Assembly: GCA_965267575.1 (NCBI GenBank)
Contig: OZ254086.1
Span: 256,001-320,000, forward strand
Source: Calditrichales bacterium
GTDB lineage: Bacteria > Calditrichota > Calditrichia > Calditrichales > J004
Direction: 5' to 3'
Length of the DNA: 64,000 nt
Part shown: positions 9,226-20,455 of the stretch, one piece after another
Position numbering within the stretch: the first letter of the stretch is position 1
Layout: the number at the start of each line of letters is the position of its first letter
Made by a program: the position numbers and the translations under genes
Notes under the pieces: model-generated
The model's input: the letters and a program-made list of their open reading frames with translations, nothing else
Told to the model about the DNA's origin: nothing
The model's database searches: none

Positions 9226-9902
9226 CAGATGCTGATATCTTCTCCCGGATCGACAACTTTTACTTCATAGCCCTGCAGATTTGCTTTTTGGGCAAATTCA
9301 GTAGGATCGGCTTTGATCAGGTCCCATGTGTTGTAGTGCATGGGGATGGCCAGTTTGGGCCTTACAAGATCAACGGCTTCCACGGCATCATCGATGCCCA
9401 TGGTAAAATTATCACCAATACACACCAGCATAACATCCACGCGGGCATGCTTGCCAATAAGCCCCATGTCGCTGAACAATGCGGTGTCACCGGTATGGTA
9501 GATTGTCTTGCCGCCTATTGTCAGCAAAATGCCGCCGGGCATGCCGCCATATTTGCCATCCGGAAAAGACGATCCGTGAAAGGCAGGCGTAAGCTTAACC
9601 GAGCCGAATGGAAAATCGTGTTTACCCCCAAGGTGCATCGGATGCACTTTACAATCTTTGGCGCCATAATGATTGGCTATTTCGAAGTTTGCGATAATGG
9701 TTGCGGAATTGGCTTTTGCAATGGGTTCGGCATCCGCGGTGTGGTCGCCGTGCGCGTGCGACAGTATAACAAAATCGGCCTTTATGTCTTTGGCCTTATG
9801 TCTGGCAACCGGATTGTCCGTCAGAAAAGGATCGATAACAATGCTGTGGCCTCCACCTTCAACCAACCAGCCGGATTGACCCAAAAAAGTAAGTTTAGAC
9901 AT
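9225..9902 (-). CDS. Metal-dependent hydrolase, metallo-beta-lactamase fold (UPF0173)
   Basis: IDPFL, SHAHGDH, YHTGDT, IGDNFTMG, PMHYNTW. Confidence 0.9.
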   Translation of the reverse strand: MSKLTFLGQSGWLVEGGGHSIVIDPFLTDNPVARHKAKDIKADFVILSHAHGDHTADAEPIAKANSATIIANFEIANHYGAKDCKVHPMHLGGKHDFPFGSVKLTPAFHGSSFPDGKYGGMPGGILLTIGGKTIYHTGDTALFSDMGLIGKHARVDVMLVCIGDNFTMGIDDAVEAVDLVRPKLAIPMHYNTWDLIKADPTEFAQKANLQGYEVKVVDPGEDISI

Positions 9903-10161
9903 ATCATACCTCCTTTGCTTGGCGTTGAATAACTTAGTAATTATTCACGTACATGCAAAGCAAAACGGGGCCTTTTTACAAAGGATGATACACGTCCTGT
10001 TCCGGTAAAAAAAGCGGTGGATTTTTTATCACATCAAAGCAACCGGGGTACTGCGGAACGTTCTGGTAAAAAAGAAACAGGGGGACAAAAAAGGCGGTCG
10101 TGCGAAAGACGATAATCCGAGAACAAGACATCACGACCCCAAGACTTCAAGACGGGACCTA

Positions 10162-13100
10162 TTAACTAAACTGCAGCAAGTCTTTTTTGTTAAGCTCTTT
10201 GGCAATGGCTTTGAACAACTCTTCTTTCTGGATGGGCTTGGACACGTATCCTTCCATTCCGGCGCTTAGACAACGCTCCTTGTCGCCTTTCATAGCGTGG
10301 GCGGTCATAGCGATGATGGGAATATGTCCACCGTTTTCCTTCTCGTGTGCACGGATCGCGCGGGTAGCTTCCAGGCCGTCCATTTCCGGCATCTGAATAT
10401 CCATCAGGATCAGATCATAAAGCCCGGTTTTGGCATGCTGCAGCGCTTTGCGGCCATCCGGCACATGCGTAACATCGGCGTTGATTTTTTCAAGCAGGCG
10501 CAGGGCAAGCTTACGGTTAATCGGGTTGTCTTCTGCCAGTAGTATCCTGGCCCTTTCGCTGATCTCACCGGGTTCAACTTTCTCGGCTTCTTTTTCGGGG
10601 CGCTCCGTCTGTTCAGGTATGTCGAGGGCCAGACTGAAATAGAAACGGCTTCCCTTTTTATCCTCGCTGTCCAGCTCGATTTTTCCACCCATTAAAGAGA
10701 CAAGCTGCGATGAAATGGTTAAACCAAGACCCGTGCCGCCGTAGCGCCGTGTCGTGGAATCATCCGCCTGGCGGAATGCTTCAAATATCACTTTGCGCTT
10801 TTCGGGCGGTATACCCGGGCCCGTGTCCGAAACGCTGAATGATACAACGGCCTGATCGCCGCGCTGCTTTTCGACGCCTATTTCAAGCCGCACCTCGCCG
10901 GTAGGCGGCGTAAACTTGATGGCGTTGTTGGTCAGGTTTATAAGCACCTGGCGCAGGCGCGTGGGATCGCCTGTAAGAAAACGCGGCAACCCGGGATCAC
11001 TGTTAATGCGGAAGTGGACGTTTCTATCGCTGGCCATTGTGGTCATTATTTTGCCTAATTGGCTAACCAGGACATGGGCGTCAAAATCAATCGACTCGAT
11101 CTGGATATTACCGGCTTCAATCTTGGAGAAGTCCAGAATTTCGTTAATTACTTTAAGCAGGGCTTCCCCGGAAGCTTTAACCGTGGCAATATAATCGCGC
11201 TGTGCATCATCCAGGTCGGTTTCCAGTGCCAGCTCAGTCATGCCTATTACGGCATTCATCGGCGTGCGGATCTCATGGCTCATATTGGCCAGGAACTGCG
11301 ATTTGGATTTGCTGGCCTGTTCCGCCTCTTCCTTCGCTACCTTCAGCTGCTCCTGCGTAAGAATATTTTCGGTAATATCAAGTGCTACGGCTATTACGCT
11401 TTTAAATTTTTTAAATCCGTCAAACTGCGGATAAAACCATACTTTAAAAAAACTTCTGTCCAGCGGGCATACGCAACTGAACGATTCCTGCAGCAGGGAC
11501 CGGTTCACATAATGCTGCAGCTCGGGCCAGTGCCTGGTAACGTCAAAAATGTTTTTTCCTGCCAGCTTATCGGTATCAATATCGGAAACGTTTTTTACGG
11601 CGCTGCCTTCGGAAAGCGTTATCCAGCCTGTTCTGGTATAGGAGATAACATAAACCGGGGCAGCCTCCAGGACGGTATTAAGGTTTGTCTCCGTGGATTT
11701 CAAAGCAGTCTTCGCTTCACTGTGACCGCGGCTTTCCTGCACCAGCCTGTAAATGGTAAAGCCAATCGTTGAAGCCACAAAGACATAGACAAAAAAGGCC
11801 CACCAGGTTCGGTAAAACGGCACCAATATCGTAAACGATACATGCGCCGGTGTGCTCCAGTGCTTGCCGGGCTCCTTGGCCCGCACCTGCCAGGTGTATT
11901 CGCCCGGTGACAAGCCGGAAAGTATATAGTGGCTTTCCCTCTTCAGATCGGTCCACTGCTCATCGTGGCCATTAAGGCGCGACTGGTAGGTAATCTTATC
12001 AGCGGGAAAACTGAGGGCTCCATATTTCAGCAAAATGACAGCATCATAGGGCAACACCATTTTATCACTGCGCCATGCGGCCGAAACGCTTTCCACCTCC
12101 ATTTCGAGAATCGTAGGAGAAACCGTGCGTCCGGCATCGAAAATATCTTCAACCTGGGCATAGATTCCGTCGAAGGCGCCAATAATCAGCCTGTCGTCCA
12201 GCATCTCGGCGGAGCGAAAAGGAAAGGTAAGATTTCCCAGCCCGTTCTGACTCTCATAACGGACCAGCTCGCCATTCTGATATTGAAAAAGGCCATAATC
12301 CGTCCCGATCCAGACACCGCTTTTTTCGCTCAGGGTAATGGATTTGCCGACGTTCTTGCCACCCAGCGATATTACGCTAAGCTTTTCATTGTCATGGCGC
12401 AGCAAGCCTTTGTCGGAGGCAATCCAGACGACGCCCTTGCCATCCACGGCAAGGTCATAGGTTTTCAAGGTGCCAAATTCAGCAATCGGATAGCTGATAT
12501 TTACAAAGCGCTCCTTTTCCGGGTCATAACGAAGAAGATAATTCGAGTCGTTTCCGCTGGCATAAAGCGCGCCATCCGGTGCCTGCTTTATCGCGTTTAG
12601 CTCGCTGCGTACCCCCCTGCTGGAATCATACCGGACTGTCTGCCCGTCCGGCATAATTTTAAAGGCGCATTGCAGGTCGTTTACAAGCACCCACATATTT
12701 TTATCGCGGTCGCTAAACAGATCAAAAATGGAATGATAGTTGGTCAGGTTTTGCGTCGAGACGCGTCCGCGATGGACACGGGTGAGCGAGCCTTCTATGT
12801 GCCCCAGGTAAAGCGTTTCGTCAACGGCGGAAAGCGCCGCGATTGTTGATGGGCAATTTTCGTAGACCGTTTCATATCGAAAGCCGTTTTTACTTTGGAT
12901 TATTTTATAGACATTCGATCCGTCGGTGGCGTAGATGCTGCCATCGCTGCCGCGGGTCAGGTTCTTTATGGCAAAATTGCTGAATCTGATCACCGGCTCA
13001 AAAAGCGGGTTATACAATACGGCAATGCCCTGGTCGCTGCACAGCCAATTGCGTCCATCCACCGGCGCGCTTATGTCGTTTATTACTTTTAACTCCACGT

Positions 13101-13962
13101 TTTCCACATGCTGCAAATCCAGGCTCTGCGGATAGGCCATTTCAAAAAGTCCGTCACCTCCCGTTCCGATAAGCAGCTGCCCCTCCGCGCCTTTTTGCAA
13201 TACCTGCACACGCGCCATAGAGGCGATCCTACTGTAAACCGCTTCCCCCTTTTTAATCTTCAGCCTGTAAATACCATCCGCGCCGCCCACCAGCCATTCA
13301 TCATCGCCGGTATTTAAAACGGTTTCTATGGTCGGAGAACTTTTCGTTCCGCCCGGACGCACTTCGACGAAGCGGTCCTGGCGGCTGTCATATTTTAAAA
13401 TCTGGCCGGGCTGAGCAAGCAAAAACAAACCGCCCGCGCTGCTTTCAATCAGATGAAACGAACTGAGATAACCGCGTGTGGAGTACGATGCATCAAACAG
13501 GTAACGCTTGAGCGTTGTGCCGTCATAGCAAGAAACGGAGCGCGGCTCACTTATCCAAAGACGACCGGCCCGGTCTGTAAAAACATCTTTCGGGTAATGC
13601 ACTTTGTCCTGAGTCATCTCCTGCGCGGCCACAAGAAACGGTTTTATCTGCGGATTGTTTACGTGGGGTTTTATCCTGGAAAGACCAAGGTCGGTAACAA
13701 CGATCAGACTGCCGTCATCGGCAGGAACGATCTTTTTAACATAATTGCTGTGCAGGCTGTCGCTGAAATCGCGAAAAGTTTGTCCGTCATAACGCACCAG
13801 CCCGGCATCGGTCGCAATCCAGATAAAGCCGAGGGAGTCCTGATAAGCCGCTTTGACGAGATTGGTGGGGAGACCGTCTTCAAAAAGATACGTGCGGCTT
13901 TTATACTGATGACCCGACGAATATGCGATCAATATCAATAATAGAATGAGGATGTGTCGCAT
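10162..13962 (-). CDS. Hybrid sensor histidine kinase/response regulator with periplasmic beta-propeller and Y_Y_Y domains
   Basis: Signal peptide, Reg_prop-like repeats ([15 protein letters not shown]), TM helix, [24 protein letters not shown], receiver [14 protein letters not shown]. Confidence 0.93.
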   Translation of the reverse strand: MRHILILLLILIAYSSGHQYKSRTYLFEDGLPTNLVKAAYQDSLGFIWIATDAGLVRYDGQTFRDFSDSLHSNYVKKIVPADDGSLIVVTDLGLSRIKPHVNNPQIKPFLVAAQEMTQDKVHYPKDVFTDRAGRLWISEPRSVSCYDGTTLKRYLFDASYSTRGYLSSFHLIESSAGGLFLLAQPGQILKYDSRQDRFVEVRPGGTKSSPTIETVLNTGDDEWLVGGADGIYRLKIKKGEAVYSRIASMARVQVLQKGAEGQLLIGTGGDGLFEMAYPQSLDLQHVENVELKVINDISAPVDGRNWLCSDQGIAVLYNPLFEPVIRFSNFAIKNLTRGSDGSIYATDGSNVYKIIQSKNGFRYETVYENCPSTIAALSAVDETLYLGHIEGSLTRVHRGRVSTQNLTNYHSIFDLFSDRDKNMWVLVNDLQCAFKIMPDGQTVRYDSSRGVRSELNAIKQAPDGALYASGNDSNYLLRYDPEKERFVNISYPIAEFGTLKTYDLAVDGKGVVWIASDKGLLRHDNEKLSVISLGGKNVGKSITLSEKSGVWIGTDYGLFQYQNGELVRYESQNGLGNLTFPFRSAEMLDDRLIIGAFDGIYAQVEDIFDAGRTVSPTILEMEVESVSAAWRSDKMVLPYDAVILLKYGALSFPADKITYQSRLNGHDEQWTDLKRESHYILSGLSPGEYTWQVRAKEPGKHWSTPAHVSFTILVPFYRTWWAFFVYVFVASTIGFTIYRLVQESRGHSEAKTALKSTETNLNTVLEAAPVYVISYTRTGWITLSEGSAVKNVSDIDTDKLAGKNIFDVTRHWPELQHYVNRSLLQESFSCVCPLDRSFFKVWFYPQFDGFKKFKSVIAVALDITENILTQEQLKVAKEEAEQASKSKSQFLANMSHEIRTPMNAVIGMTELALETDLDDAQRDYIATVKASGEALLKVINEILDFSKIEAGNIQIESIDFDAHVLVSQLGKIMTTMASDRNVHFRINSDPGLPRFLTGDPTRLRQVLINLTNNAIKFTPPTGEVRLEIGVEKQRGDQAVVSFSVSDTGPGIPPEKRKVIFEAFRQADDSTTRRYGGTGLGLTISSQLVSLMGGKIELDSEDKKGSRFYFSLALDIPEQTERPEKEAEKVEPGEISERARILLAEDNPINRKLALRLLEKINADVTHVPDGRKALQHAKTGLYDLILMDIQMPEMDGLEATRAIRAHEKENGGHIPIIAMTAHAMKGDKERCLSAGMEGYVSKPIQKEELFKAIAKELNKKDLLQFS

Positions 13963-14054
13963 AGATTTTTGCTTGTTACGTTTCAATAAACTTAAAATCG
14001 GTGGGGAAGCTTATAACTGTATAATAAAGTAGCCTTCGGCAAGATTTTGGGCAT

Positions 14055-14084
14055 AAAAAAACGGGCGCCGGAAACGACGCCCGC
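14055..14084 (-). terminator. Rho-independent terminator after the lipoprotein gene
   Basis: CGGGCG...CGCCCG stem preceded by A7. Confidence 0.65.
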
Positions 14085-14126
14085 TGAACCCCGGAGGTTG
14101 GTGCGTGCTCTGGGGTGGGGGGTAGG

Positions 14127-15806
14127 TTATTTCAAGGCCCAAATAGCCTCGTAATCGGCATCCCGTTCCATCTCGGCCATCTTATCAAAGCCTGTTTGCA
14201 GCGCCATCATCAGGTCATCTTTGCGAATGATTTCCGGCAATACATCCATCACATGGTCGGCGTTCATCTTAGCCTCTTCCAGTTCCACGCCGTTGCCAAA
14301 AATTACGCCCTGCGTATAAATCGTCGGGCCCTGGATATAGCCGTTGGGCGGCCCGGAAATGCGGATGCTCATACGGGGCGACAAAGTGAACTCTTCCCAG
14401 GGCATCTCCAGATCGATCGTCACGGCGATAATACCGTCCACACCCAGCTCGCGTATCAGCCGGCTGTCGATACGGTCGGAGGCGTAGGTGGAGGAAATGT
14501 TGTTCATGATTGCACTCATCGTCGTAGGGATAAGATTGCGCGTGCCTTTGTAGCTCTTTTCAACTTCCACGACTGTAATGTTGTCATCGATCGGCTCCAG
14601 GTCGCTGTAGGATTGTGCCTGCAATACCTGCTCCACCGGGATCAAATCGATGTTGTAATTGTCCAGCAGCGTTTTCTCAAAATCGGCATAGAGAGAATTC
14701 ACCAGCTCTTCCCAGTATGAATCGGGCAGCTTGGGAAATTGACGCGTTTGGGTCGTGGTGGTTGTGGTGGTTACCCGCGTGTTGCCATAAGTTGCTTCGG
14801 ATGTGCTGGTGGACGAGCGCGATTGCTTCAGTTTTGTGGCACGCACGGTAAAAGAAACCATCGCAAACTTTTTGCCGCTGGAGAAAGGGCGCCCCAAGAA
14901 GGCGTTGGGCTTATTCATGTCGATTGTCAGTTTGCCCCGTTCGTTTTCGATCTCTTCATTCACGCGGATACCGCTGTTTGCGATCGTCCCAACCCAGGAT
15001 TCTTCCGCTTCACCGGAAATATTGACCGGTACGCAATCCATTGACTGGGCGATAACCTGCGCCGCGCCGACGCCTTCCACATTATAGGGCGCCAGTTCAA
15101 AGCGCTCCACTAGCAGATAGTTTTCACCGTCGTTGGGCGATACCGCCGTACCCGGATTACGGAATACAGCGGCAGGAATTGTAATATCATCCGCCGAACG
15201 GAATACGCCGACTTCCTGGAAACTGCGCGTACCCATGATGTCGCTCAGAAAGGCAACGCGGAACTCCGTATTTTCGCTGCCCTGCGGATTATTGATTTTT
15301 AATTGCAGGTCCTGTTCAAGATTCACTTCCCCGCCACGCTCCGTTCCGTTGACTTCGGCAATCTCAATGGGATGGGTCGGTGCCACTGTAAATTCCGCCC
15401 GCTGTCCGCTGGTTGTTTCCACAACAATCTTTTTGGGAGACAGGTCTTCGGCTTCGATGATTTTGCCGTAGAAGCCATTGGCGGTATGCGGGACCTCTTC
15501 GCCATCGATGAACACCTTGCCATCAATGCTGTACATGCCGATGCCTTCACGCTTCTGGAAGTTTATAACCACCATATTACCGCCTTCCGGCCACATATCC
15601 TTCAGGTACTTCACTTCGGTGGTTTGCGTCGCGGCCGGATAAAGATTGCGAATAAAGCGCACCTGAACGGCGGCCGTCGACAGATCGTTTGTCTTTTGCG
15701 TCATCATTTTAGCCACCATAGAGCCAACGGCCACGCAGCCGCTGATAAACAGCAGGGCCAGCAAGGCGGTAAGAACCCGGCTTATGGCTAAAGATTTACG
15801 AAACAT
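14127..15806 (-). CDS. Hypothetical lipoprotein (559 aa)
   Basis: AGGAGG RBS, start MFRKS, lipobox FISG-C; no family recognised. Confidence 0.75.
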   Translation of the reverse strand: MFRKSLAISRVLTALLALLFISGCVAVGSMVAKMMTQKTNDLSTAAVQVRFIRNLYPAATQTTEVKYLKDMWPEGGNMVVINFQKREGIGMYSIDGKVFIDGEEVPHTANGFYGKIIEAEDLSPKKIVVETTSGQRAEFTVAPTHPIEIAEVNGTERGGEVNLEQDLQLKINNPQGSENTEFRVAFLSDIMGTRSFQEVGVFRSADDITIPAAVFRNPGTAVSPNDGENYLLVERFELAPYNVEGVGAAQVIAQSMDCVPVNISGEAEESWVGTIANSGIRVNEEIENERGKLTIDMNKPNAFLGRPFSSGKKFAMVSFTVRATKLKQSRSSTSTSEATYGNTRVTTTTTTTQTRQFPKLPDSYWEELVNSLYADFEKTLLDNYNIDLIPVEQVLQAQSYSDLEPIDDNITVVEVEKSYKGTRNLIPTTMSAIMNNISSTYASDRIDSRLIRELGVDGIIAVTIDLEMPWEEFTLSPRMSIRISGPPNGYIQGPTIYTQGVIFGNGVELEEAKMNADHVMDVLPEIIRKDDLMMALQTGFDKMAEMERDADYEAIWALK

Positions 15807-15814
15807 AATACCTC

Positions 15815-16009
15815 CTATTTGGATGAAGACTTTAATGAAAGAAAATCCGTGCTGGACAGAATAAATGAGACCGTAACTTTTTTGCATATCCGCAGGGCTG
15901 TTTCACGATCCATGGCCGTCATGATATTGTAACCTTCGCGTGACAGGATTTCGCGCAGCCGTCTGAGCTCTTCGGTATCATTGTCCACAATCAGAATGTG
16001 TTTTTGCAT
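15815..16009 (-). CDS. Short receiver-like (CheY-fold fragment) protein
   Basis: HILIVDND..L.EILSREGY.I.TA; only 64 aa, and the usual phospho-Asp position reads FILSS. Confidence 0.65.
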   Translation of the reverse strand: MQKHILIVDNDTEELRRLREILSREGYNIMTAMDRETALRICKKVTVSFILSSTDFLSLKSSSK

Positions 16010-16040
16010 GTCCGTCAGCCTCTGTTTTAGCTCTATTTAC

Positions 16041-16055
16041 ACAAAGGCCGTGCCA
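16041..16055 (-). promoter_or_regulatory. Probable sigma54 -24/-12 promoter
   Basis: TGGCACGGCCTTTGT on the - strand (consensus TGGCACG-N4-TTGC), directly downstream of a sigma54 activator gene. Confidence 0.65.
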
Positions 16056-16120
16056 CACATATCCCGGGAGGTCTAATCACATATAAAACAAAGACTTAGA
16101 AAAAAGAATAGAAACAGGTT

Positions 16121-16173
16121 TGTTGGTAAAAGGCAACATTTAGGGTAAAGCGGTTGTCGCGTGGCTGCGACAA
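16121..16173. promoter_or_regulatory. Two TGT-N12-ACA palindromes, candidate enhancer (UAS) sites
   Basis: TGTTGGTAAAAGGCAACA (16121-16138) and TTGTCGCGTGGCTGCGACAA (16154-16173), 65-120 bp upstream of the sigma54 motif. Confidence 0.55.
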
Positions 16174-16181
16174 TCTTTGCA

Positions 16182-17930
16182 TCACGCGTCAATGTTAAGT
16201 TGCGAAAGAATACGGTAAAAATGCGTTCGGTTTATGCCCAGCTTTTTAGCCGCTTCGGCTTTGGAACCGGTTTCACGCATGGTACGCAGAATGTACATCC
16301 GGCGGAATTCGGCCTCGGCCTCGGAGAGCGTGCTGCCCACATCCACCATGGGCTTTTCTTCGGTATGGCGGTGCAACTCCTCGGGCAGGTCATCGGCTTC
16401 GATCGTCTTGCCGTTTGCCAAAACAATGCCGCGCAGAATAACATTTTCCAGCTCGCGGATGTTGCCCGGCCAGTCGTACTCCTCGAGGATCATCATCGCC
16501 GCCGGAGAAATATCCATCTGCTGGTCTTCCGTTGCGTGCCTGGAAAGGAAGTAGCGTGTAAGCTCTTCGATATCCTCTTTGCGGTCACGCAGAGCGGGCA
16601 TCGTCAACTGCACAACCTTGAGCCTGTAATACAGGTCTTCGCGGAACTGGCCGTCTTTGATAAGTTGCTTGAGATTGCGGTTTGTGGCGCAGATAACACG
16701 CACGTCAATCTTTTGCGGTTTTACTCCCCCCAGCCTCTCGATCTCGCGGGTCTGCAGCACACGCAGGAGCTTGGCCTGCAGGTTTATGCTCATATCACCA
16801 ATTTCATCAAGAAAAATGGTTCCGCCGTCGGCCAGTTCAAATTTGCCGGGTTTTGATTTGGTGGCGCCGGTAAAAGCGCCGCTTTCATAGCCAAATAGTT
16901 CGCTTTCCAGCAAATCTTTCGGAATAGCCGAGCAGTTGATCGCCACAAAAGGACCTTCGGCGCGGCGGCTGTTCTCATGGATGGCGTGTGCCAGCAGCTC
17001 TTTGCCCGTGCCGTTTTCGCCAAGCAATACCACCGACGCCGGCGTGGGGGCAATCTTGGCGGCAACTTTTAATACTTCAAACAATTTGCGGCTGTTACCG
17101 ACAATATTATCACAATCAAATTTTTTGCGCAGATCGTCAATGCTTTCAACGGCTTCGTCAAGCAGGCGCTGTTCCAGTGTATCTATTTCGCGACTGATGC
17201 GAATACCGTTTACAATCTGCCGGGCAAAGGATAGAAGGAAGGTCAGGTCGGCTTCGCAGAACGATTTTTCGCTGCGCGCGCGGCGGTCAATATAAACGGC
17301 GCCCAACACGGTTTTGTCCAGGATAAGCGGTACGCACAATACCGAGTTTATGCCCAGGCGAATGATACTCTGCGCCTTCAGCAAGTCGATCGAAGAGTCG
17401 GACTTGCCGCTGCTTTTATGCAGCTGAATAGTTTTGTTCTTAGAGACGGCATCGCGGATCACGGAGGTGCTCATCTCGCGGGCGCTTTCATCTTCGCCGG
17501 GGTCAATATTGCGGCTGATTGTATGGGTCGGCTTGCCGGCGGCATCACAGAGCACGATAAAACCCGCATCAGCATCCAGCTCACGCACGATAATCGAAAT
17601 AGCCTTCTCCATCAGGCTGTGCATTTCCGTCTGCGACGCAAAAACTATTCCCGATGTATAGAGAACTTCCAGTCGTCTTTTTTCCTCGCGCAGGTTGCGG
17701 CAGGCCTTTTCGCTATCCTCTATTGTTTTGATCACGTTGCGCGTTTCGGCGCTTATCTCGCGGCTGATTTTTAACCACTGCTTAAACAGTGCGGAGAGCT
17801 GCTTGCCGGCTTCCGCCGATATTTTTTCTGATGAAAGCTGTGCCTGGAGCTCGCTGAACATGCCGGAGAAGTCGCTCATACCGCGCGACAGCAAATCGTT
17901 CAGCCGTTGTTTTATTTCTTCGGTAGTCAA
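16182..17930 (-). CDS. Sigma54-dependent enhancer-binding protein (GAF-AAA+-Fis HTH)
   Basis: GAF domain, GENGTGKE, ESELFGYESGAFTGA, FLDEIGDM, WPGNIRELEN, C-terminal HTH. Confidence 0.93.
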   Translation of the reverse strand: MTTEEIKQRLNDLLSRGMSDFSGMFSELQAQLSSEKISAEAGKQLSALFKQWLKISREISAETRNVIKTIEDSEKACRNLREEKRRLEVLYTSGIVFASQTEMHSLMEKAISIIVRELDADAGFIVLCDAAGKPTHTISRNIDPGEDESAREMSTSVIRDAVSKNKTIQLHKSSGKSDSSIDLLKAQSIIRLGINSVLCVPLILDKTVLGAVYIDRRARSEKSFCEADLTFLLSFARQIVNGIRISREIDTLEQRLLDEAVESIDDLRKKFDCDNIVGNSRKLFEVLKVAAKIAPTPASVVLLGENGTGKELLAHAIHENSRRAEGPFVAINCSAIPKDLLESELFGYESGAFTGATKSKPGKFELADGGTIFLDEIGDMSINLQAKLLRVLQTREIERLGGVKPQKIDVRVICATNRNLKQLIKDGQFREDLYYRLKVVQLTMPALRDRKEDIEELTRYFLSRHATEDQQMDISPAAMMILEEYDWPGNIRELENVILRGIVLANGKTIEADDLPEELHRHTEEKPMVDVGSTLSEAEAEFRRMYILRTMRETGSKAEAAKKLGINRTHFYRILSQLNIDA

Positions 17931-18192
17931 TTTTCCCCTCTGAAGATGTCTTCACTTACCCCTGTGCCGACATATATACAATTGTTAATAATAGCCAATT
18001 GACAACTTTCGCACAATTTTTAGTATCTTTTTGCGTAACCTTCGCGCCCATGAGCGATTAACCGGTCTAAATGGGCAGCAGGTGAAATTGCCCGTAACAG
18101 CAATCTTGCATAACTTTATATTTATGAGTGCAAACAAAAAATCCGTATCCTTACCCGAGACAGACATGAGCTCCAAAAAAGAGGACAATACC

Positions 18193-19257
18193 ATGGCCCG
18201 ATTTCTTAAAAACATGCAGGCCAACGAAGGCCAGGCGCCCGGATCGGTTGTCTTTATAGGCAAAAAAAAGGTTGAAAATATTCGCATAAGGCTGATCGAT
18301 TTTGACCAGAGCACGCTGAATGAGGATGAACTGCGCGACATTGCCGAAGGCGTAAAATATACGGAAACGGATACCGTTACCTGGATAAATGTAGATGGTC
18401 TTCATGACGTCGACGTCATGAAAAAAATAGGTAACGCCTTTGATTTACATCCTTTGTTAATGGAGGATGTGGCCAACACGGCACAGCGGCCAAAAATGGA
18501 AGAGTTTGATAACTGTCTCTTTATCGTATTGAAGATGCTGCGTTATGACCGGGAGAAACACGAAGTATCCGCCGAGCAGCTTTCTATCGTTTTGGGACGC
18601 CATTTTCTGATCACCTTCCAGGAGCAGGCCGGTGATGTCTTTGAACCGGTACGTGAGCGTATCCGCAAAGGCAAAGGCCGCATCCGTGCCTCAGGTATCG
18701 ATTACCTGGCTTACGCTCTGCTCGATACGGTAGTGGACAATTACATCTACCTTGTTTCACGGTTGGGTGAGGATATTGAAGAACTGGAGCTGGAAATTCT
18801 TAAAGACACATCGGCAAAAACGCTGGAAAATATCAACGATTATAAACAGGAGATTGCCTTTCTGCGCAAGGCGGTCCGGCCGGCAAAGGAGTTCATCGCG
18901 CGCCTGCCGCGGCTGGAGTCTGAATTTTTAAACGAAGAGACCAAGCCCTTTTTAAACGACCTCAATGACCTTGCAACACAAGCCATTGAAACAATTGACA
19001 CCTACCGCGAAATGCTGTCTGACCAGCTCAATATCTATAACAGCAATGTCAGCAATAAGATGAACGATATCATGCGCATCCTGACCATTTTCGCAGCCAT
19101 CTTTATTCCCCTAACCTTTATCGCCGGTATTTACGGCACCAACTTCGAATACCTGCCGGAGCTGCATTTCAGGTACAGCTATTTTATTTTTTGGGGTGTT
19201 ATGATTGTAGTCGCGCTGAGTTTGCTTTATTATTTTAAAAGAAAAGGCTGGCTGTAA
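18193..19257 (+). CDS. corA: Magnesium/cobalt transporter CorA
   Basis: WINVDGLHD, LHPLLMED, QRPKMEEF, PLTFIAGIYGTNF (GTN variant of the GMN motif), PEL. Confidence 0.92.
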   Translation: MARFLKNMQANEGQAPGSVVFIGKKKVENIRIRLIDFDQSTLNEDELRDIAEGVKYTETDTVTWINVDGLHDVDVMKKIGNAFDLHPLLMEDVANTAQRPKMEEFDNCLFIVLKMLRYDREKHEVSAEQLSIVLGRHFLITFQEQAGDVFEPVRERIRKGKGRIRASGIDYLAYALLDTVVDNYIYLVSRLGEDIEELELEILKDTSAKTLENINDYKQEIAFLRKAVRPAKEFIARLPRLESEFLNEETKPFLNDLNDLATQAIETIDTYREMLSDQLNIYNSNVSNKMNDIMRILTIFAAIFIPLTFIAGIYGTNFEYLPELHFRYSYFIFWGVMIVVALSLLYYFKRKGWL

Positions 19258-19278
19258 GCGGCGATAAATTCTACCTGT

Positions 19279-19310
19279 AAAAAAGCCGTGCTTCAGTGAA
19301 ACACGGCTTT
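19279..19310. terminator. Bidirectional terminator between convergent corA and mdh
   Basis: AAAAAAGCCGTG...CACGGCTTT hairpin. Confidence 0.7.
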
Positions 19311-19329
19311 GAGTAAGGTCGGGTTACAT

Positions 19330-20286
19330 TTACGATGTCATTTTCACAACTTCGTCGCTGGTGGCTCGAACCGAAGCGACGGACTTCTTGAACAGCTCTT
19401 TTTCATCGGCGGTCAGATCCATTTCAATGATCTGCTCAATGCCTTTTTTGCCAAGAATTGCCGGCACGCCGATAAATAATCCCTCCACGCCGTATTCACC
19501 GTTCAATAATGTACAAACCGGGATAATCTTGCGCGTATCATAAATGATGGCTTCGGCCATTTGCAGCGCGCTCCACGCCGGAGACACAAATGCCGATCCG
19601 GAACCGAGCAGGCTTACCACTTCACCGCCGGCCTTACGCGTACGCGCTTCGATCGCTTCCAGTTTATCCGCCGAGACAAATTTCTCAACCGGCATGCCGG
19701 CTATGCGGCAGGCCGAACGGATCGGCAGCATGTCGTCACCGTGGCCGCCAAGCACCATCGCTTCCACATTATCCACACTTACGCCGGCTTCCTGGGCAAT
19801 AAACAGGCGGTAACGGGCGCTGTCCAGCACACCGGCCATACCCATAATTTTGGTGCGGTCTTTTTTCAGGTTCATCTGCAGGCGGTAAACGATCGCGTCC
19901 AGCGGGTTGGCGATGGAGATAACAATGGCATTTTTGGCATAACGATCAATACCATCGCTTACGGCATCGGTAATTTTGAGGTTCGTGGACAACAACTCTT
20001 CACGCGTCGGCAGAGAACCGTCGGGTCTGCGTGTACGCGGCACACCGGCCGTATTGATAACCATATCCGCGCCTTCGATCACATCATAGGTTTTGGCGCC
20101 AACGGCCTTCACATCGGAACCGATTACGGGAGAGCCTTCGGCGATATCGAGGCATTTACCCTTGGCAAAATCCGGCTCCTTGATATCCACCAAAGCCACT
20201 TCGCGGGCCAGCTTGCGCGTGACGATTTCCTGCACAAGCACGCCGCCGATATTTCCGCCGCCAATCACGGCAATCTTGTTTAGCAT
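19330..20286 (-). CDS. mdh: LDH-like malate dehydrogenase
   Basis: GGGNIG, GKCLDIAE, NPLDA, GMAGVLDSARYR, VLGGHGDDM, RTRKAGGEVV..GSAF. Confidence 0.88.
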   Translation of the reverse strand: MLNKIAVIGGGNIGGVLVQEIVTRKLAREVALVDIKEPDFAKGKCLDIAEGSPVIGSDVKAVGAKTYDVIEGADMVINTAGVPRTRRPDGSLPTREELLSTNLKITDAVSDGIDRYAKNAIVISIANPLDAIVYRLQMNLKKDRTKIMGMAGVLDSARYRLFIAQEAGVSVDNVEAMVLGGHGDDMLPIRSACRIAGMPVEKFVSADKLEAIEARTRKAGGEVVSLLGSGSAFVSPAWSALQMAEAIIYDTRKIIPVCTLLNGEYGVEGLFIGVPAILGKKGIEQIIEMDLTADEKELFKKSVASVRATSDEVVKMTS

Positions 20287-20455
20287 TGTATTTCTCCTCT
20301 CCTTTTAAAAGCGTAGAATAACGCTTAAAAATTACACACAGCGAACAAGTAAAGCAAACCTGTCGTATGCTTCTTTTTGCGGATTATGTTTTGCATTTAT
20401 CCGGTTAAATGATCAAGTTTTGCGGCTTATTTACTACTATCTAAAAAGGACTTGT

